From assembly GCA_964016885.1 (NCBI GenBank), contig OZ024740.1, forward strand, positions 392,336,001-392,400,000: DNA of 64,000 nucleotides, read 5' to 3'. The position numbers and the translations under genes were made by a program. This DNA comes from Eledone cirrhosa. Lineage: Eukaryota. Every line of letters begins with the position of its first letter. Within the stretch, counting starts at the first letter, position 1. The notes under the pieces were generated by a model, which was not told the origin of the DNA, did no database searches, and saw only the letters and a list, made by a program, of their open reading frames with translations. Shown piece after piece: positions 38,701 through 52,876 of this stretch.

Positions 38701-39560
38701 ATCTAAGTCAACCACACAGATCACGAATTTGTGGTCCGTGTAGCTGACTATCTTGAATTGTGGACAGCCTATGCTAGACCTATCTATTTCCCTACAAAAT
38801 ACTCTATCTAGATATGATCTGGATGGCCCGATACGGTTTGTCCAAGTCCACATTGGCACATTCGGGAAATTCAATCGGTACCTGTCCGACAGTTGAAAAC
38901 GCCTGAGTAGGTTTGTGAGGCTTTTACACCTTCCTCCCCTATCCGCTAATACCACACAATCCCAGCGTGCATCTAAGATCCCGTTCCAGTCGCCACTAAC
39001 ACTAGAGAGCGGGACGTTCCAAGAAAGGTCTCCAGACGCCGGAAGAATTCAGGCCGTGCTGCTCCTGTTGGGGCATAGGCGGCCACTAGCCTGAAAGCTT
39101 GTCCTTGTCCGCTGGTCACCAGTACCACCAACTTACCCTCTGGGTCCAAGAAGATCCAGACTTGTCTGGAACAACACAACCCCCCCCCCCCGATCCGGGA
39201 CGGCTTGGTGATGTGTACACCTCGTAGCCGCCGAAAATGGGTGCCAATGCCTGTGCCTCAGAGATTCTGGTCTCGCTGATGGCCACCACATCTATGTTTA
39301 GCGACCTGAGATCGTTCAGCAGGTGGCCCTGCTTCCAAGACGACCCCAGGCCACGTGCATTTATGCTACCTATTCTGAGAGAAGCCATGTTGGCTAGGAT
39401 AGGAGGAAACCAAGTGAGAGGGGAGAGGTACAAAAATTACCTGTGGCTCTTGTTTAGGAAGGAGGTGGGTGATCCATCCCTCCGACCATGTGTGGGTTTC
39501 TCCACGAGAATATCCGTGAATATTCTTTTGGTGATGTTCCCTCGGTAGTCTCCAATTGAT
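35768..39560 (-). mobile_element. Tx1/L1-clade LINE, ORF2 nearly complete but frameshifted
   Basis: ORF2 start MASLRIGSINARGL at 39388; ISETR, AAYAP, SYLDR, TDHK endonuclease motifs; KSPGLDG, LDQSKAFDRVDH, RQGCPLS, YADD RT motifs; CLRC...ETVLHALVQC zinc knuckle; AATAAA (35773-35778) and (ATT)n tail. Confidence 0.93.
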
Positions 39561-39637
39561 GTGGGGAACATTTTATTTAGTGTTATGTAATTTTTGTGTG
39601 TAATTTCTATTATTTTTATGTGTGTGTGTGGGGTGTG

Positions 39638-39674
<37 letters not shown>

Positions 39675-41614
39675 AATTTTGGTGGTTTGTATGTAGTTTG
39701 TTTCTGTGATGTTGGTGTGGTGTTGAATGTAAATTAAAAGCTTTGTGTTGTCTGTGTCTATGGCTGTGTATTGTGTCTGCTGTTGGGGGTGTTCCTTTTC
39801 ATTCTTTATATTTATTGTTCATCTCAAGCGTCAAGATTATAACAATACTTAACCACCATATTTGCAAGCATGCAATTCAATCTATCTTGAATGACGCACC
39901 CTTCTATGGACATCTAATTAGAAGCTACACTTTTCACACCGATGATTCAGCTATTTTAGTTCGTTAATAGGATTATAAATAATTAAAATTCTTTCTTCCT
40001 TGCTCACCCACTCACTGCTCTCACCTTCTCCCTCTTCATCGTGGCATTCTGCCAAATATTTCAGCAAAGTTTTCGGAGAGTAGTATTTTGCCAATTCCTG
40101 CTCTAACTAATGAATACTTTATGCTTGTACTTAGCAGAGGCTAAATGACCAGGTAGATAAGTTATTTTACTCTCAGCTCATGGATTGTAAGATCAAATAC
40201 ACTCCAGCCATTTCATTGTGGTTTTGATCAGAATATGAAGCTTATTTTGCTTCATTGAAATAGAGCGGATTATATTAAATATCCTGGTATTTGTTTCAGC
40301 TCCCATCGAAGTTAATTTTGCTATTCATCTTTTCGGAGTCAGTAAATAAAGTACCAGTGAATTGCTGGAAGAGTCGAACTGGGTGCCTTGTAGAATCTGG
40401 TTTTGTGAGTCCTGGTCGGAAATCCTGCCTCCTTCTGCCAGGAGTTATGACCAGCAGATAGCAGTGGCAAGACAATGGTCCTTAGCCCGATCTTACGATC
40501 GGCCCGTTTTCCTTTTTGAGGGGCAATAGAACTACAGAGTCAGTTACATGTATGATGCATGTATAATCTTAGTAAATCTATTAAATAACTCTAACAATTA
40601 ACTCTAAAAAATAACTCTCGCATCGTGTTCGATGAATGAGGATTTCAGTTGTTGGATTAAGGGAACAACCTATATGTGGTATTATAGTCTCAGTGACTAA
40701 CCATTCCACAGATATTTCTACTTGTTATGTAATTTTCAAACAAATTATTGTGTGTGGCAAGACTGGGCATTCGAATTACTGGTATAATCCATTTAATGGG
40801 GCCTTTGAATTACTGGTACAATCTTATCCAACGGGCTTCCAGAAAGTTGCCGTGTAATCGAAAACCTCAGTCACAAACTGTGGAATTCAATTACTATAAC
40901 CAGAAATATTGTTAGCAAACAGTTATTGTTATCCCACTTTGGCTCCAAAAGGTACTCAGGATATTGTTATATTTTGTGCTGAAAGTTATCGGTCAATTAT
41001 AGTTATTTACTCTACAAATAGTAAAATAGTAGAATCTGATGAAGGAAATTATGTTCCCAGTGGGGGAAAAGTACTTGTCTTATCATTATGGATGTATGAA
41101 TGACAATGAGAAAATGAAAGAAGTAGAAGAGGGAGTTGACAAGAATTACTTGGTATGCGCATGGAGGATGATCATTGGGTAAAGAAGTGCCAAGAAATCC
41201 CAGTGGAAGAAAGACGCAGTAGAGGAAGACCACGAAAATCATGGGCGGAGGTGGTGAGAGCTAACCTCAGATCGCTGAAGCTCATAGAGATGACGAAGGA
41301 CTGTGACGAATGGAGAGATGCTGTGCTGAAACAAAGGAGGTAAATCTGGCTTGAAATCTGTTGGTTTCATGTTTGTCCACGTGCCCCAATGAAGAACCAG
41401 TTTAAAAGTGCCTCCTCTAATATACCGTGGTGGCCATAACTGGACCCCGAAACCAATGGTCACACACATATGTTAAGTTATGAAACATTGTTTATACTAT
41501 ATATTTATTATAAGAACAGATTAAAGTTTATATATAATACAGCTTCATATGCAAATAAGTATAATCAGCCCTCCTACACAGGCGAAAAAACTATACATTT
41601 TCGCCTGTTTCCAG

Positions 41615-41802
41615 GTCCAGCAGAGAGCAGGGAAGCACTGTCCTGAAGAGAACTAGAAGCTCGAAGTGCACATAGACAGTTGTCCCCCATTGCTTCTGTC
41701 GGAATCCGCTAGACGGCGCTTGCCATCAGCCTTTCAATATTCATAGCTAGGCTTTCAAAATGTCTATTTATTAAACATACCATATATCTTTAGATATACA
41801 AA

Positions 41803-41830
<28 letters not shown>
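41615..41830 (+). mobile_element. Penelope-like terminal repeat fragment ending in (CA)n(TA)n
   Basis: Homologous to 640-840 (inverted); carries a hammerhead motif. Confidence 0.6.
41637..41680 (+). ncRNA. Minimal type-I hammerhead ribozyme, slightly decayed
   Basis: ACTGTC-CTGAAGA-GAACT aga AGCTC-GAAG-TGCAC-ATA-GACAGT. Confidence 0.65.
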
Positions 41831-41895
<65 letters not shown>

Positions 41896-43473
41896 TTTAT
41901 GTACACACACTTGGATATATACATGAATACATTGTATTCTGCTGACAATTAGGACACATGATAAACAACGACTGCCTCGAGGCACACAAATTTCAAGTTT
42001 CGCAGCTAGTCACTCAAATCTATCTACTTGTATAAATCTTTAGGAGGATGACTACTACTGCCGCCGCCGCCACTATCACCGCCTCTACTACTACTACCAC
42101 CACCACTGCACTACTACTACTACCACTACCACCACTACTACTACCACTACAAATTATTTTTTTTTATTATTACATCGTTTTCTTTCAATATTTTTCGCTG
42201 TCTCCGGCCGATTTACAATATAGCTGTTCGATTTTAGGCTACAAGCAAAACATCATTTATGAAGAAAACATGTACTAAATTGGTTATTGCCGGAAGCATA
42301 ACTTTTGTTTAAATGTACATTAAATATTTTTCTTATGAGAATTATCTTTAATTAATATTTCTTTCCCGAGCATATTATTGATTTTTTTAAAAGGTAAGCA
42401 CGAGTTCTTAAACCGGGCAACAGAAACAATCGATTTAATCGTCCCTCAGTACATAACTGGTATTTAATTTATCGTTGTTTCACAAGAGAAGAAATTTCTT
42501 ACCCACCCCAAAGTGAGTGGGAGATCTCCCCGTCGGTCGTTTAGAGTTGACAGGTCTGTAATTTCAAAGCTCCCTGGAATTATTTAGTATGCGGCTGGCC
42601 ATTTGATGAGACACATCCTATGCGGCCCACTGCTCGAAAAAGGTTGTCCATGCCTGATTTAAACAATTCCTTTACATTTTCTATTTGTATATCAACCTCG
42701 CATTCTTTATTTTATCAATATTCGAAGTTGAACAGCAAAATCAGCTTCGGTCTCGTTCCAGTTCCGGGCAGTTATCATGAACTACATAGGTTTGTTGTTG
42801 TTGTTGTTCTTGCTTTTAATCTTACGCACAAGCATGTGATTGTGACTAAAAGCTTAGCTTTTCAAACAAGTTGTTCCAGGTTTTATCTCATTGGGCGGTA
42901 CTTTGGGCGTCTTCAACTATAGCTTTAGGAACAGAATTAGGTACACGAGAACTCGAAGTTTCAGGCATTCTATAAACTACCTGAGTTTCCCACAATGCCA
43001 GTAACAGACAATATATATTTAGCGGGGGTAATGATAAATATTGATTTGGTGATGGTGTGGTTATCAGATGGATTTGTTCATTTGTAGAGATAGGGATGAA
43101 GTACAAAGATAATAAGTGAGTAGCTTGTTGGTCGAGTAATAGCAAGTGAGTAAATGGAGTATGTCTCAGTGAGTCGAGGGAAGTTTTGCCTTGTTCGAGG
43201 AAACAAGTATTTGTACTGGCTTGTTGTGGGGGTGAAGTTATTTTCCCAAATCACATCGATAAGAATTAACAAATGAACACGATACCGCCAATTTTAATGG
43301 TTTTCTTTATAACATGATTTACTTCGAAATCATGTGCAGCAATGAACAACGGAAAAACGATGCAAGTATAGATGCCGTATGTGTGCAAATGTGGAATACC
43401 AAGGTAGTGATATTTACTAACCTGTATTGGTAGCAATCTCAGCTATTACCAATCTCAGCAAGGCTGGCTAGTG

Positions 43474-43576
<103 letters not shown>

Positions 43577-44319
43577 CTACATCGTCTGGATGGCCAAACA
43601 AGCTATCTGTTGCAGAATCGGGAAGCAGATTGTATTTTGCGGAGTCGAGAAGCACACTATCATGGGGGTCGAAAACCTAATAAGTAATTAGGTTGCTTAG
43701 AAACATTAAACAGATGGCCTTTTAAACTGTCTTCTTTTCGAACACCCTGGTGACATGAGATTCCTACAAGAGAACATTATCTAATTTTTTTGGCTCTGAG
43801 TTCACAGGTTGTCATGTGTGGCAGGCTAAGAAAACAATCGTGGGAAAAGTATGTCGAGGTTTCGGTACATATATATTTGTTCTACGGGTTTATACATATT
43901 ATCGCTAGATAAGGTGTGAAAATATAACAACCACAAAAATAAAAGTTAAATTATTTAAAGCTATAGTGGAATCGATCTTACTGTATTCTCGTAAATCATA
44001 ATTAGTGACACTACCTATCACCAAAGCTTTAGGTAGTTGCTACACCCGAATGATAAGAAGGATAAAAAAGTACTTCTCGACAGTGTTACAACAAAATTCT
44101 CTATGGCAACCTCCCATCCATTAGTCATACCATCCGTATCAGGTGTCCTCAACTTGCAGGTTATGTCGTTAGAATCAATGAACCTGCTACAAAACCTTTT
44201 ACTATGGGGGGGGGGGGGCATTAATGTGAAATGCAAACGTGGAAAACCTCTCAAGACATTAAAGAGAGTCATTGAGGAAGATACAGAATTGTCCAGTCAG
44301 CAGGGTTCTCCTAAACACA

Positions 44320-44780
44320 ATGGAACCCTCTGTGTTCAGAGAACGGGAAGCCACCTGTGAGACGGGGGACCGGCTGGGACTCAGCCCAGTAGACGTCCCA
44401 CCTCCTTCTCCCACTGCTGACGTCAAGTCCCCCAAAGCATCTGGGATGCCACTTGCAGCGACACTTTCTCCAGCCGCAACCTAGTGCAGTCTGCGACTAA
44501 CCCAGGTTCTGATGCACGTCGGGCTGATGAGACCAAACTCTCCAAATACCGGTCGTTCTCCGACACGTTTGCGGTCGTATCCTTGGCAGTGGAGACTTCT
44601 GGTGTCCTCGGCCCTAGGGATACCTCCCTACTCACCACAATAGGTGCTGAGCTGGCCAGCCGCAGGTACGAGCCTCGCGAGTTGGAATGGCTCTTCCAGC
44701 GCATCTCTCTTACCATCCTCCGGGGAAACGCCTTCTCCATTCTATCCGCCAGGGCTGTCGGGAGACCAGCGCGTGGGACC
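44320..44780 (+). mobile_element. CRE-clade non-LTR retrotransposon 3' fragment (restriction-like endonuclease)
   Basis: WDATCSDTF...KLSKY...AVETSGVLG...FQRISLTILRGNA; lies within a decayed RTE-type 3' end (about 43950-44830). Confidence 0.8.
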
Positions 44781-45502
44781 CAATTTGCTCACCATACGGA
44801 GAGATGGGGAGGGCCAGAGAGATGGAGGCGATGACAGTGGGAGTTCGACTGACTGATTCTTGTAGCATTCATTTTCCGTTGCAACATTCGTGATCTACCT
44901 TATATAACCTACAGGTTTATCTACAGGGCCATTTTCGCCACATTCGCCCACCTTTCAGCGAATTTACTGGAGTGTAGCACCTCCACCCTTATCTTCCTTC
45001 TGAAGTGGTATTAATAGCTAAAATAGATAGCTGTCCAGGAAGAAACACAACGGACGATGGAAGAAGAAAAAAACACAAAGAAAGAAAGAAAAAAACGACA
45101 TACCGATATGGAACGGGAAAAATACGAAGACGGCAGCACACATATGTGTGGTTAGTAACCATAGGAAAGGTTAATAAAAGTGGTTGGACATAAGTTCTGA
45201 AATTGTATTAACAAGACGGGAAGAAAAAGTCGACTGGTCAGTTAGACGGCCAGATCGTATAATGAGGAAACAAAGGTTGAACGGAAGTTGAGTAGGTAGG
45301 ATGAACAAGAACGGATGGAAAGGAGGAGTAAGAGAACTGAGAGAGAGGGAAGAATAATGGTATATAGTAAGAGAGAAAGAGAATCAGAAAGAAGAAAAAG
45401 AGAGGTCACAGCAGTAAAATAATGTAGAATTAAAAATGAGGTTGTGTGGTTACAAATAAATATTATTAAAAAAACCCCCCAAAACACGAGAGTGAAAACA
45501 CG

Positions 45503-45543
<41 letters not shown>

Positions 45544-45907
45544 TACTTGGGGAGGGTCATATTTGTGTAATATTGCCAGAATTAATAGCAGAACACACTC
45601 ACTGTTTGGTTGGTTTTCGCTTTTCGCTTCTGTGTCTTTTATATCGGTAATCTAATTTATTCGGTCCTCAATGTTGCCATTGACTGACCAGCGGTCAAAA
45701 ATAATACAGATACAATATAGACACAAACACATATATATAGTTTATCAAAGTTCTTTCGTTGCACATCTGCAACATCGTCAGTGGTGCTATTGTTTCCTCC
45801 CGTTACATTGTATTTTCTATGCCATCTATATTTAGTCTGTTTATATATTTATTTATTTGTTTATTTTATTTTGTCTTCTTTGCGCATGCGTTTGCGTGTG
45901 TGTATAG

Positions 45908-46218
45908 TGCAGAAACATGACAACATACATAGGCGAGACAGCTCGTAGCATAGGTGAAAGGATAGACCAAAACTGGGGGGGGGGGGACTAAAAGGACGAA
46001 AAAACGGGTCAGTACTATACGAACATGCCAGACAACAACACGGCGGTAACATAGACAACATAGAAATTAGAATAATATCTAAACATAGAAATGACCCAGC
46101 AGATAGGCAAATCAGAGAGGCCAGTGAAATAGAACTTAGAAGGCCAAGGCTAAACAGAAAGAATGAATGGAATAACAACAACACCCAAACAAACAACACT
46201 GACCTAAGAGAAGTATAA
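45908..46218 (+). pseudogene. GIY-YIG endonuclease C-terminal remnant
   Basis: TYIGETARSIGERI (G12-run frameshift) SVLYEHARQQHGG...RQIREASEIELRRPRLNRKNEW; absent from the ORF track. Confidence 0.85.
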
Positions 46219-46474
46219 ATAAATAAATAGATAAATAAATAAATAAATACATACACAAGCACAATAACAACAAACACATATAAACACACACTAGTAAAGA
46301 TAGAATACATTAACCAATACACAGTCACCCAATCACGAACACACATCAAACAAAACACTATACACACACGCAAACGCATGCGCAAAGAAGACAAAATAAA
46401 ATAAACAAATAAATAAATATATAAACAGATTAAATAAAGATGGCGTAGAAAATACAATGTAACGGGAGGAAACA

Positions 46475-46528
46475 ATAGTACCACTGACGATGTTGCAGAT
46501 GTGCAACGAAAGAACTTTGATAAACTAT
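46475..46528 (+). ncRNA. Hammerhead-like motif (mirror copy 45737-45790, minus)
   Basis: CTGACGA-T-GTTGCA gatg TGCAAC-GAAA-GAACTT; stem II perfect, stem I weak. Confidence 0.55.
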
Positions 46529-46768
46529 ATATATGTGTTTGTGTCAATATTGTATCTGTATTATTTTTGACCGCTGGTCAGTCAATGGCAACATTGAGGA
46601 CTGAATAAATTAGATTACCGATATAAAAGACACAGAAGCGAAAAGCGAAAACCAACCAAACAGTGAGTGTGTTCTGTTATTAATTCTGGCAATATTACAC
46701 AAATATGACCCTCCCCAAGTATAACAATATTTGTTTCGACACACAATTTCATCTAAAAAACCTCGCAA

Positions 46769-46839
<71 letters not shown>

Positions 46840-46842
<3 letters not shown>

Positions 46843-47046
46843 GGGCGGTAGAAGCATTTCTGAATTGGAGATGTCAAATTTGTTCAATTTAGTAGCACTC
46901 TAAAATGGTCAGAAAACTTCGATATGCGATAAACATAACATATACATAAATTGTAACGCATATACAAATAAATGTGAGTTTTGGCAGTTTGGGGGAGGAA
47001 AATATAATTAAGGGCGGGGGCATGCCCCTACCCAGTTCTACTGCCC

Positions 47047-47049
<3 letters not shown>
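46840..47049. mobile_element. MITE inserted in (TA)n
   Basis: TIRs CAGGGGCGGTAGAA / TTCTACTGCCCCTG. Confidence 0.75.
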
Positions 47050-47104
<55 letters not shown>

Positions 47105-47151
47105 AAGGAAAAGCGAAGTAGTTTCAGATGTTCAAGTCCTTTAATAATAAT

Positions 47152-47225
47152 GCTGTGATATATATTTCAATGGCGACACTGGCCACACTGTTCTGTGTGC
47201 GAGTGTCGTGACATCATCAGACAGC
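47152..47225 (-). ncRNA. Type-I hammerhead ribozyme, mirror copy
   Basis: Reverse complement of 48803-48876 with one substitution in stem II. Confidence 0.8.
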
Positions 47226-48802
47226 TTGTTACATAATAAGGTTATGTTTCCGAGGCAATCCAAATTGAATCGACATGGGAACGGATGAAATGCGTGCTTT
47301 TGGGTTTCTCACCCGTTCCCCTGTGAGTACCAATTCACCCCCACCGGTCTGCGCGTGCGCATGTCCGAAGGAAGTTGACCATTAGCTACCGCGGATTTCA
47401 ACGAAATTCGCTTAGTCAGTTCACCTCTCAGTCACACAATGGCCCGTACCATAGTTTACTGCTACCCATCTCGACTGTGGTAGTCAGTCGAAAGCCAGAG
47501 GGGATGGAGAGTGTTAGTTTTTACAGGTCATAATACTACCTCTCACCTAGCGTGGACAGTACGACTGACCATCAACTCAAAGGGAAAATAAACTTAATTC
47601 TAGGTATCATGGTTTTACATTGTAAGTTAAGAGTGAGAGTTTGAAATAAAAATTAAAGTCCTAAATCAAGTATCAGAAATTATAAATGAAACAATTAAAA
47701 AATTAACAATTAGAAATTAAAAGTTAGAAATTTTTTTCAAGTGAGAATTCGGATTGAGGTGAGTAAAAAAAATTATAGATTGAAGTGAGTAAATAATATG
47801 GAGAGAGCTGTTTAAGTAAGAAGTTTTGAGAGGGGTTCTAGTGTCACAGTTACTATATCGACATATTGAACGACAGTGCCGTACATTAGAACGGAGGGTA
47901 AGCTACAGCATTCAAGGCATTAGTCAATCTGGTACACAGTCATAATTTCCATCACATGGAACAATACCAAAGAAAAACATACATAGAAGAAAAAATGCAA
48001 AAACACAGAGTACATATATGCAAAATGATCCATATGATTGTCAATCTGTCCATGTATAGATTGAATTGAGGGGGCTTCTGTTCAAATGCGATTTGGTGCA
48101 GGGAAATAGGGGTTTATCTTATTTTTTGTTTCCGTGTATTTATCCTGCCGAAAGTTACTATTATGTCCGTCCAGTTTCAGGGGTTTCCATCCCCATGGTA
48201 GAGGGAATTTCCGGGGCAGCTCATGGTTGGTTCCTCTCTTCTCCACCATATCGGTTACATCATAGAGCGCTCAACTAACTGGAGCTAAATTATTAGGGTA
48301 AATATTGATGCAATTCAATTCAAGCACTCAACGTACTTTTTCCACATAGGAGTGACGGAGTAAATATCGAATAAGGAAAAGCGAAGTAGTTATAAAGTAC
48401 TTACAATGTAAAACCATGATACCTAGAATTAAGTTTATTTTCCCTTTGAGTTGATGGTCAGTCGTACTGTCCACGCTAGGTGAGAGGTAGTATTATGACC
48501 TGTAAAAACTAACACTCTCCCACCCCCTCTGGCTTTCGACTGACTACCACAGTCGAGATGGGTAGCAGTAAACTATGGTACGGGCCATTGTGTGACTGAG
48601 AGGGTGAACTGACTAAGCGAATTTCGTTGAAATCTGCGGTAGCTAATGGTCAACTTCCTTCGGACATGCGCACGCGCAGACCGGTGGGGGTGAATTGGTA
48701 CTCACAGGGGAACGGGTGAGAAACCCAAAAGCACGCATTTCATCCGTTCCCATGTCGATTCAATTTGGATTGCCTCGGAAACATAACCTTATTATGTAAC
48801 AA

Positions 48803-48876
48803 GCTGTCTGATGATGTCACGACACTCGCACACAGAACAGTGTGGCAAGTGTCGCCATTGAAATATATATCACAGC
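48803..48876 (+). ncRNA. Type-I hammerhead ribozyme, intact core
   Basis: GCTGT-CTGATGA-[CGACACT..CACAC agaaca GTGTG..AGTGTCG]-GAAA-TATAT-ATC^ACAGC; predicted cleavage after 48871. Confidence 0.8.
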
Positions 48877-48999
48877 ATTATTATTAAAGGACTTGAACAT
48901 CTGAAACTACTTCGCTTTTCCTTATTCGATATTTACTCCGTCAATCCCATGTGGAAAAAGTACGTTGAGTGCTTGAATTGAATTGCATCAATATTAACC

Positions 49000-50595
<1,596 letters not shown>

Positions 50596-50652
50596 TTTGA
50601 TCTCTTTCTTAATATATTTATATATATATTAACATATTTCATTCGTAATCAC

Positions 50653-50740
50653 GCGTATCACGAGTATCGCAAATAACCAGCTCGGAGCCTTAATTGATTT
50701 CGATTAGCTCGACTCAAAAATCAATTTGCTCATCAGACGC
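50653..50740 (-). ncRNA. Degenerate hammerhead in a further pLTR fragment
   Basis: GCGT-CTGATGA-GCAAAT...ATTTGC-GATA-CTCGTGAT-ACGC. Confidence 0.45.
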
Positions 50741-50940
50741 AAGAGATTAAAATCAGATATTCATGTCGTTGAGTGACTGCACATTTCGTAATGTATATAT
50801 AATCAATGTATGAAAAGGAAAACAACATATTCTTCGTTCATATGATACGAACTTGCGCCAACATATTTGATTTTGCAGTTTACTTTATTTGATTCAACAA
50901 TATTCATTCTTTACAGGACAGACACACAGACATTGTTATA

Positions 50941-51388
50941 CAGGGTGGTCCGAAAGTCTTGTCACCCCTTATCACATATTGTTTTAACTTTCATTCCCGC
51001 CGAGGTTAACTTTGCCTTTCATTCTTACGAGGTCGATAAAATAAAGTACCAGTAATGCACTGGGATAATTACTGGCCTTGTGCCAAAAGTAGACATAATT
51101 ATTTTTTGTTTTAATAATATAATATATAATATCATTAATTATAATATATAATAATGATAATAATATAATTTTCTATTTCAGAGCTCCTACAGTTTGAAGG
51201 GAAGCTGCTTGCAAGTGTATGGACACATGATCGTGTGCATGCTGGCAAGAGCATGGAGGATGTGCGACATGACTTCACTGCAAGATTCGGCAAACCAGCT
51301 CGTCCGAAGAAGATGCTACTGCGATGGGAACATAAACTGTTTCTCATTACTTTTAGGTAGGGGGTGACTAGACTTTCGGACCACCCTG
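50941..51388 (+). mobile_element. Tc1/mariner deletion derivative with nested SINE A (50995-51102)
   Basis: 29-bp TIRs CAGGGTGGTCCGAAAGTCTWGTCACCCCT, TA TSD; residual HTH-like coding (VRHDFTARFGKPARPKKMLLRWEHKLF). Confidence 0.85.
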
Positions 51389-52512
51389 TATATATATTTA
51401 GTTATAGAAGACGTGTATACACTCACACACATGTATGTATAAATATCTTTCGCCGACGCCTATCAAAATGCACTACAGCATTTCCCCGGCCGAGTTACAC
51501 ACTTCCTTGTCACTCTTGTCGATACGTTTGCATTCAATATGTAACATTTTGTGGAACGACAAGAGAGCAAATAGCTATATTCTTGAAAAATTCTTGCTAC
51601 ATAAGAGGAGCACAACATTCATATGAAAGTTACTAAAATCCGCAAAATATTTCTCCACAATCAGCCACAAAATGCCCTACATCGAGTTAGAAGATTATTG
51701 CTGCGCTTAAAATAAAGTTAAGCCTGAGGCAATTAAAGTTTGATTCATAATCTTGGAAGCACATACGATTCAATCGGTAAGCTTGGTGTAGAGAGTGCTT
51801 TCATTGGACTGATCGTTTCGAGAAAAAGAGATTGAAGTATAAGAATCTGCTGGGCTCTAGAGCAAACCTTTATTAATGAGCGCTCATACGTGATTCTCCC
51901 CCTACCACACACACAAAGCTCAATTTATAGTATTCTATTTTGTCTTTTTCCTGAGATTAAAACTTATTCCTAATGTTTTAAAATAATTAAAGATGTCTAT
52001 ATCAGTTATATCTCTTCCTCACCCATGTTGTCTTGTAATACACATCTTAAGAACTTATTGAAATTTATCATTTCATCTTAACTAACTTATTCTAATCTTT
52101 ACATTGTCTTTTTACATTTTAAATACCTAAAAATTGCTTTTAAATTGTTTTACTTTGGGAGGGTCATGCTGCCAATAAAAAGCACACGCACCTATTGGTT
52201 TTTCACTTCAATTTATTACAAATTTTCGGTTGTCTGGTTCTATAACCGGATGGTTGTTTATATATTGTCAAAGCTCTTTCGTCACACATTCTGTGACCTC
52301 CTCAGTGACATATTTGTTATTTTAAAATTAACTTACTTATAAATAACCTTTTTAACAGATTATTTTCCGTGATGTACAGCCATATGACACTTATTTAATT
52401 ATGTCTTTTAGCCTGTAGAAATTGACTAGACAAATAGTTAACTACACAGAATTAGGTACAAAATAGAAGTTTGAAGAAAAAATGCACATAAATTTTACCA
52501 AAATTCTCTTAG

Positions 52513-52595
52513 TCTCTACCACCGGTGGTTTCGTTCTGCTTTTTGGATATACCCAGTCTTGGATAAATCCACGAGGCTTGGAACTCATCAGGAGA
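52513..52595 (-). ncRNA. Type-I hammerhead ribozyme, intact core
   Basis: TCTC-CTGATGA-GTTC...GAAC-GAAA-CCACCGGTG-GTA^GAGA; stem III is the perfect palindrome ACCACCGGTGGT. Confidence 0.78.
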
Positions 52596-52876
52596 TACCC
52601 CAGACTGGACTAAGTTTCTTCTACCATGATCCTCACCAGAAATGAATTCAAAATGGCTAAGAACTATCACGTGGCTAGCGGTCAAGGCAGAAAGTTTGTG
52701 ATTGGTGCCTGTCGGCGAGTACGCTGGTTGCTAGAAAGCGCAGCCGAATACTGCCTACAAATTTACTCAACCTTACGGGAGTATATATTAAATTCAAAGG
52801 TATATATATATACACTTAGATATAGTCACAGACACATCCACATCTACGTGGATTTATATTTAGTAGGTTTGGAAAA

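Larger units (their letters stand above)
45540..46771 (+). mobile_element. Penelope-like element 1: inverted pseudo-LTRs around a GIY-YIG remnant
   Basis: 370-bp inverted arms 45540-45909 / 46356-46725; flanked by (TA)n on both sides. Confidence 0.9.
47101..49001. mobile_element. Penelope-like element 2 with double inversion
   Basis: About 527-bp inverted arms 47101-47627 / 48399-48927, plus a 97-bp inverted pair 48295-48391 / 48905-49001; (TA)n on both sides; hammerheads in the arms. Confidence 0.8.

Noticed and set aside
45861-46547. 228-aa hydrophobic minus-strand ORF
   Set aside because: Antisense shadow of an A/C-rich PLE 3' region; the meaningful frame is the plus-strand GIY-YIG.
47900-48290. 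Possible in-frame TGA plus SECIS (Naiad-type selenoprotein)
   Set aside because: I could not fold a convincing SECIS by eye; needs SECISearch and a family consensus.
51937-52043. About 110-bp sequence repeated at 62820-62931
   Set aside because: Most likely an ordinary dispersed repeat fragment; no diagnostic ends seen.
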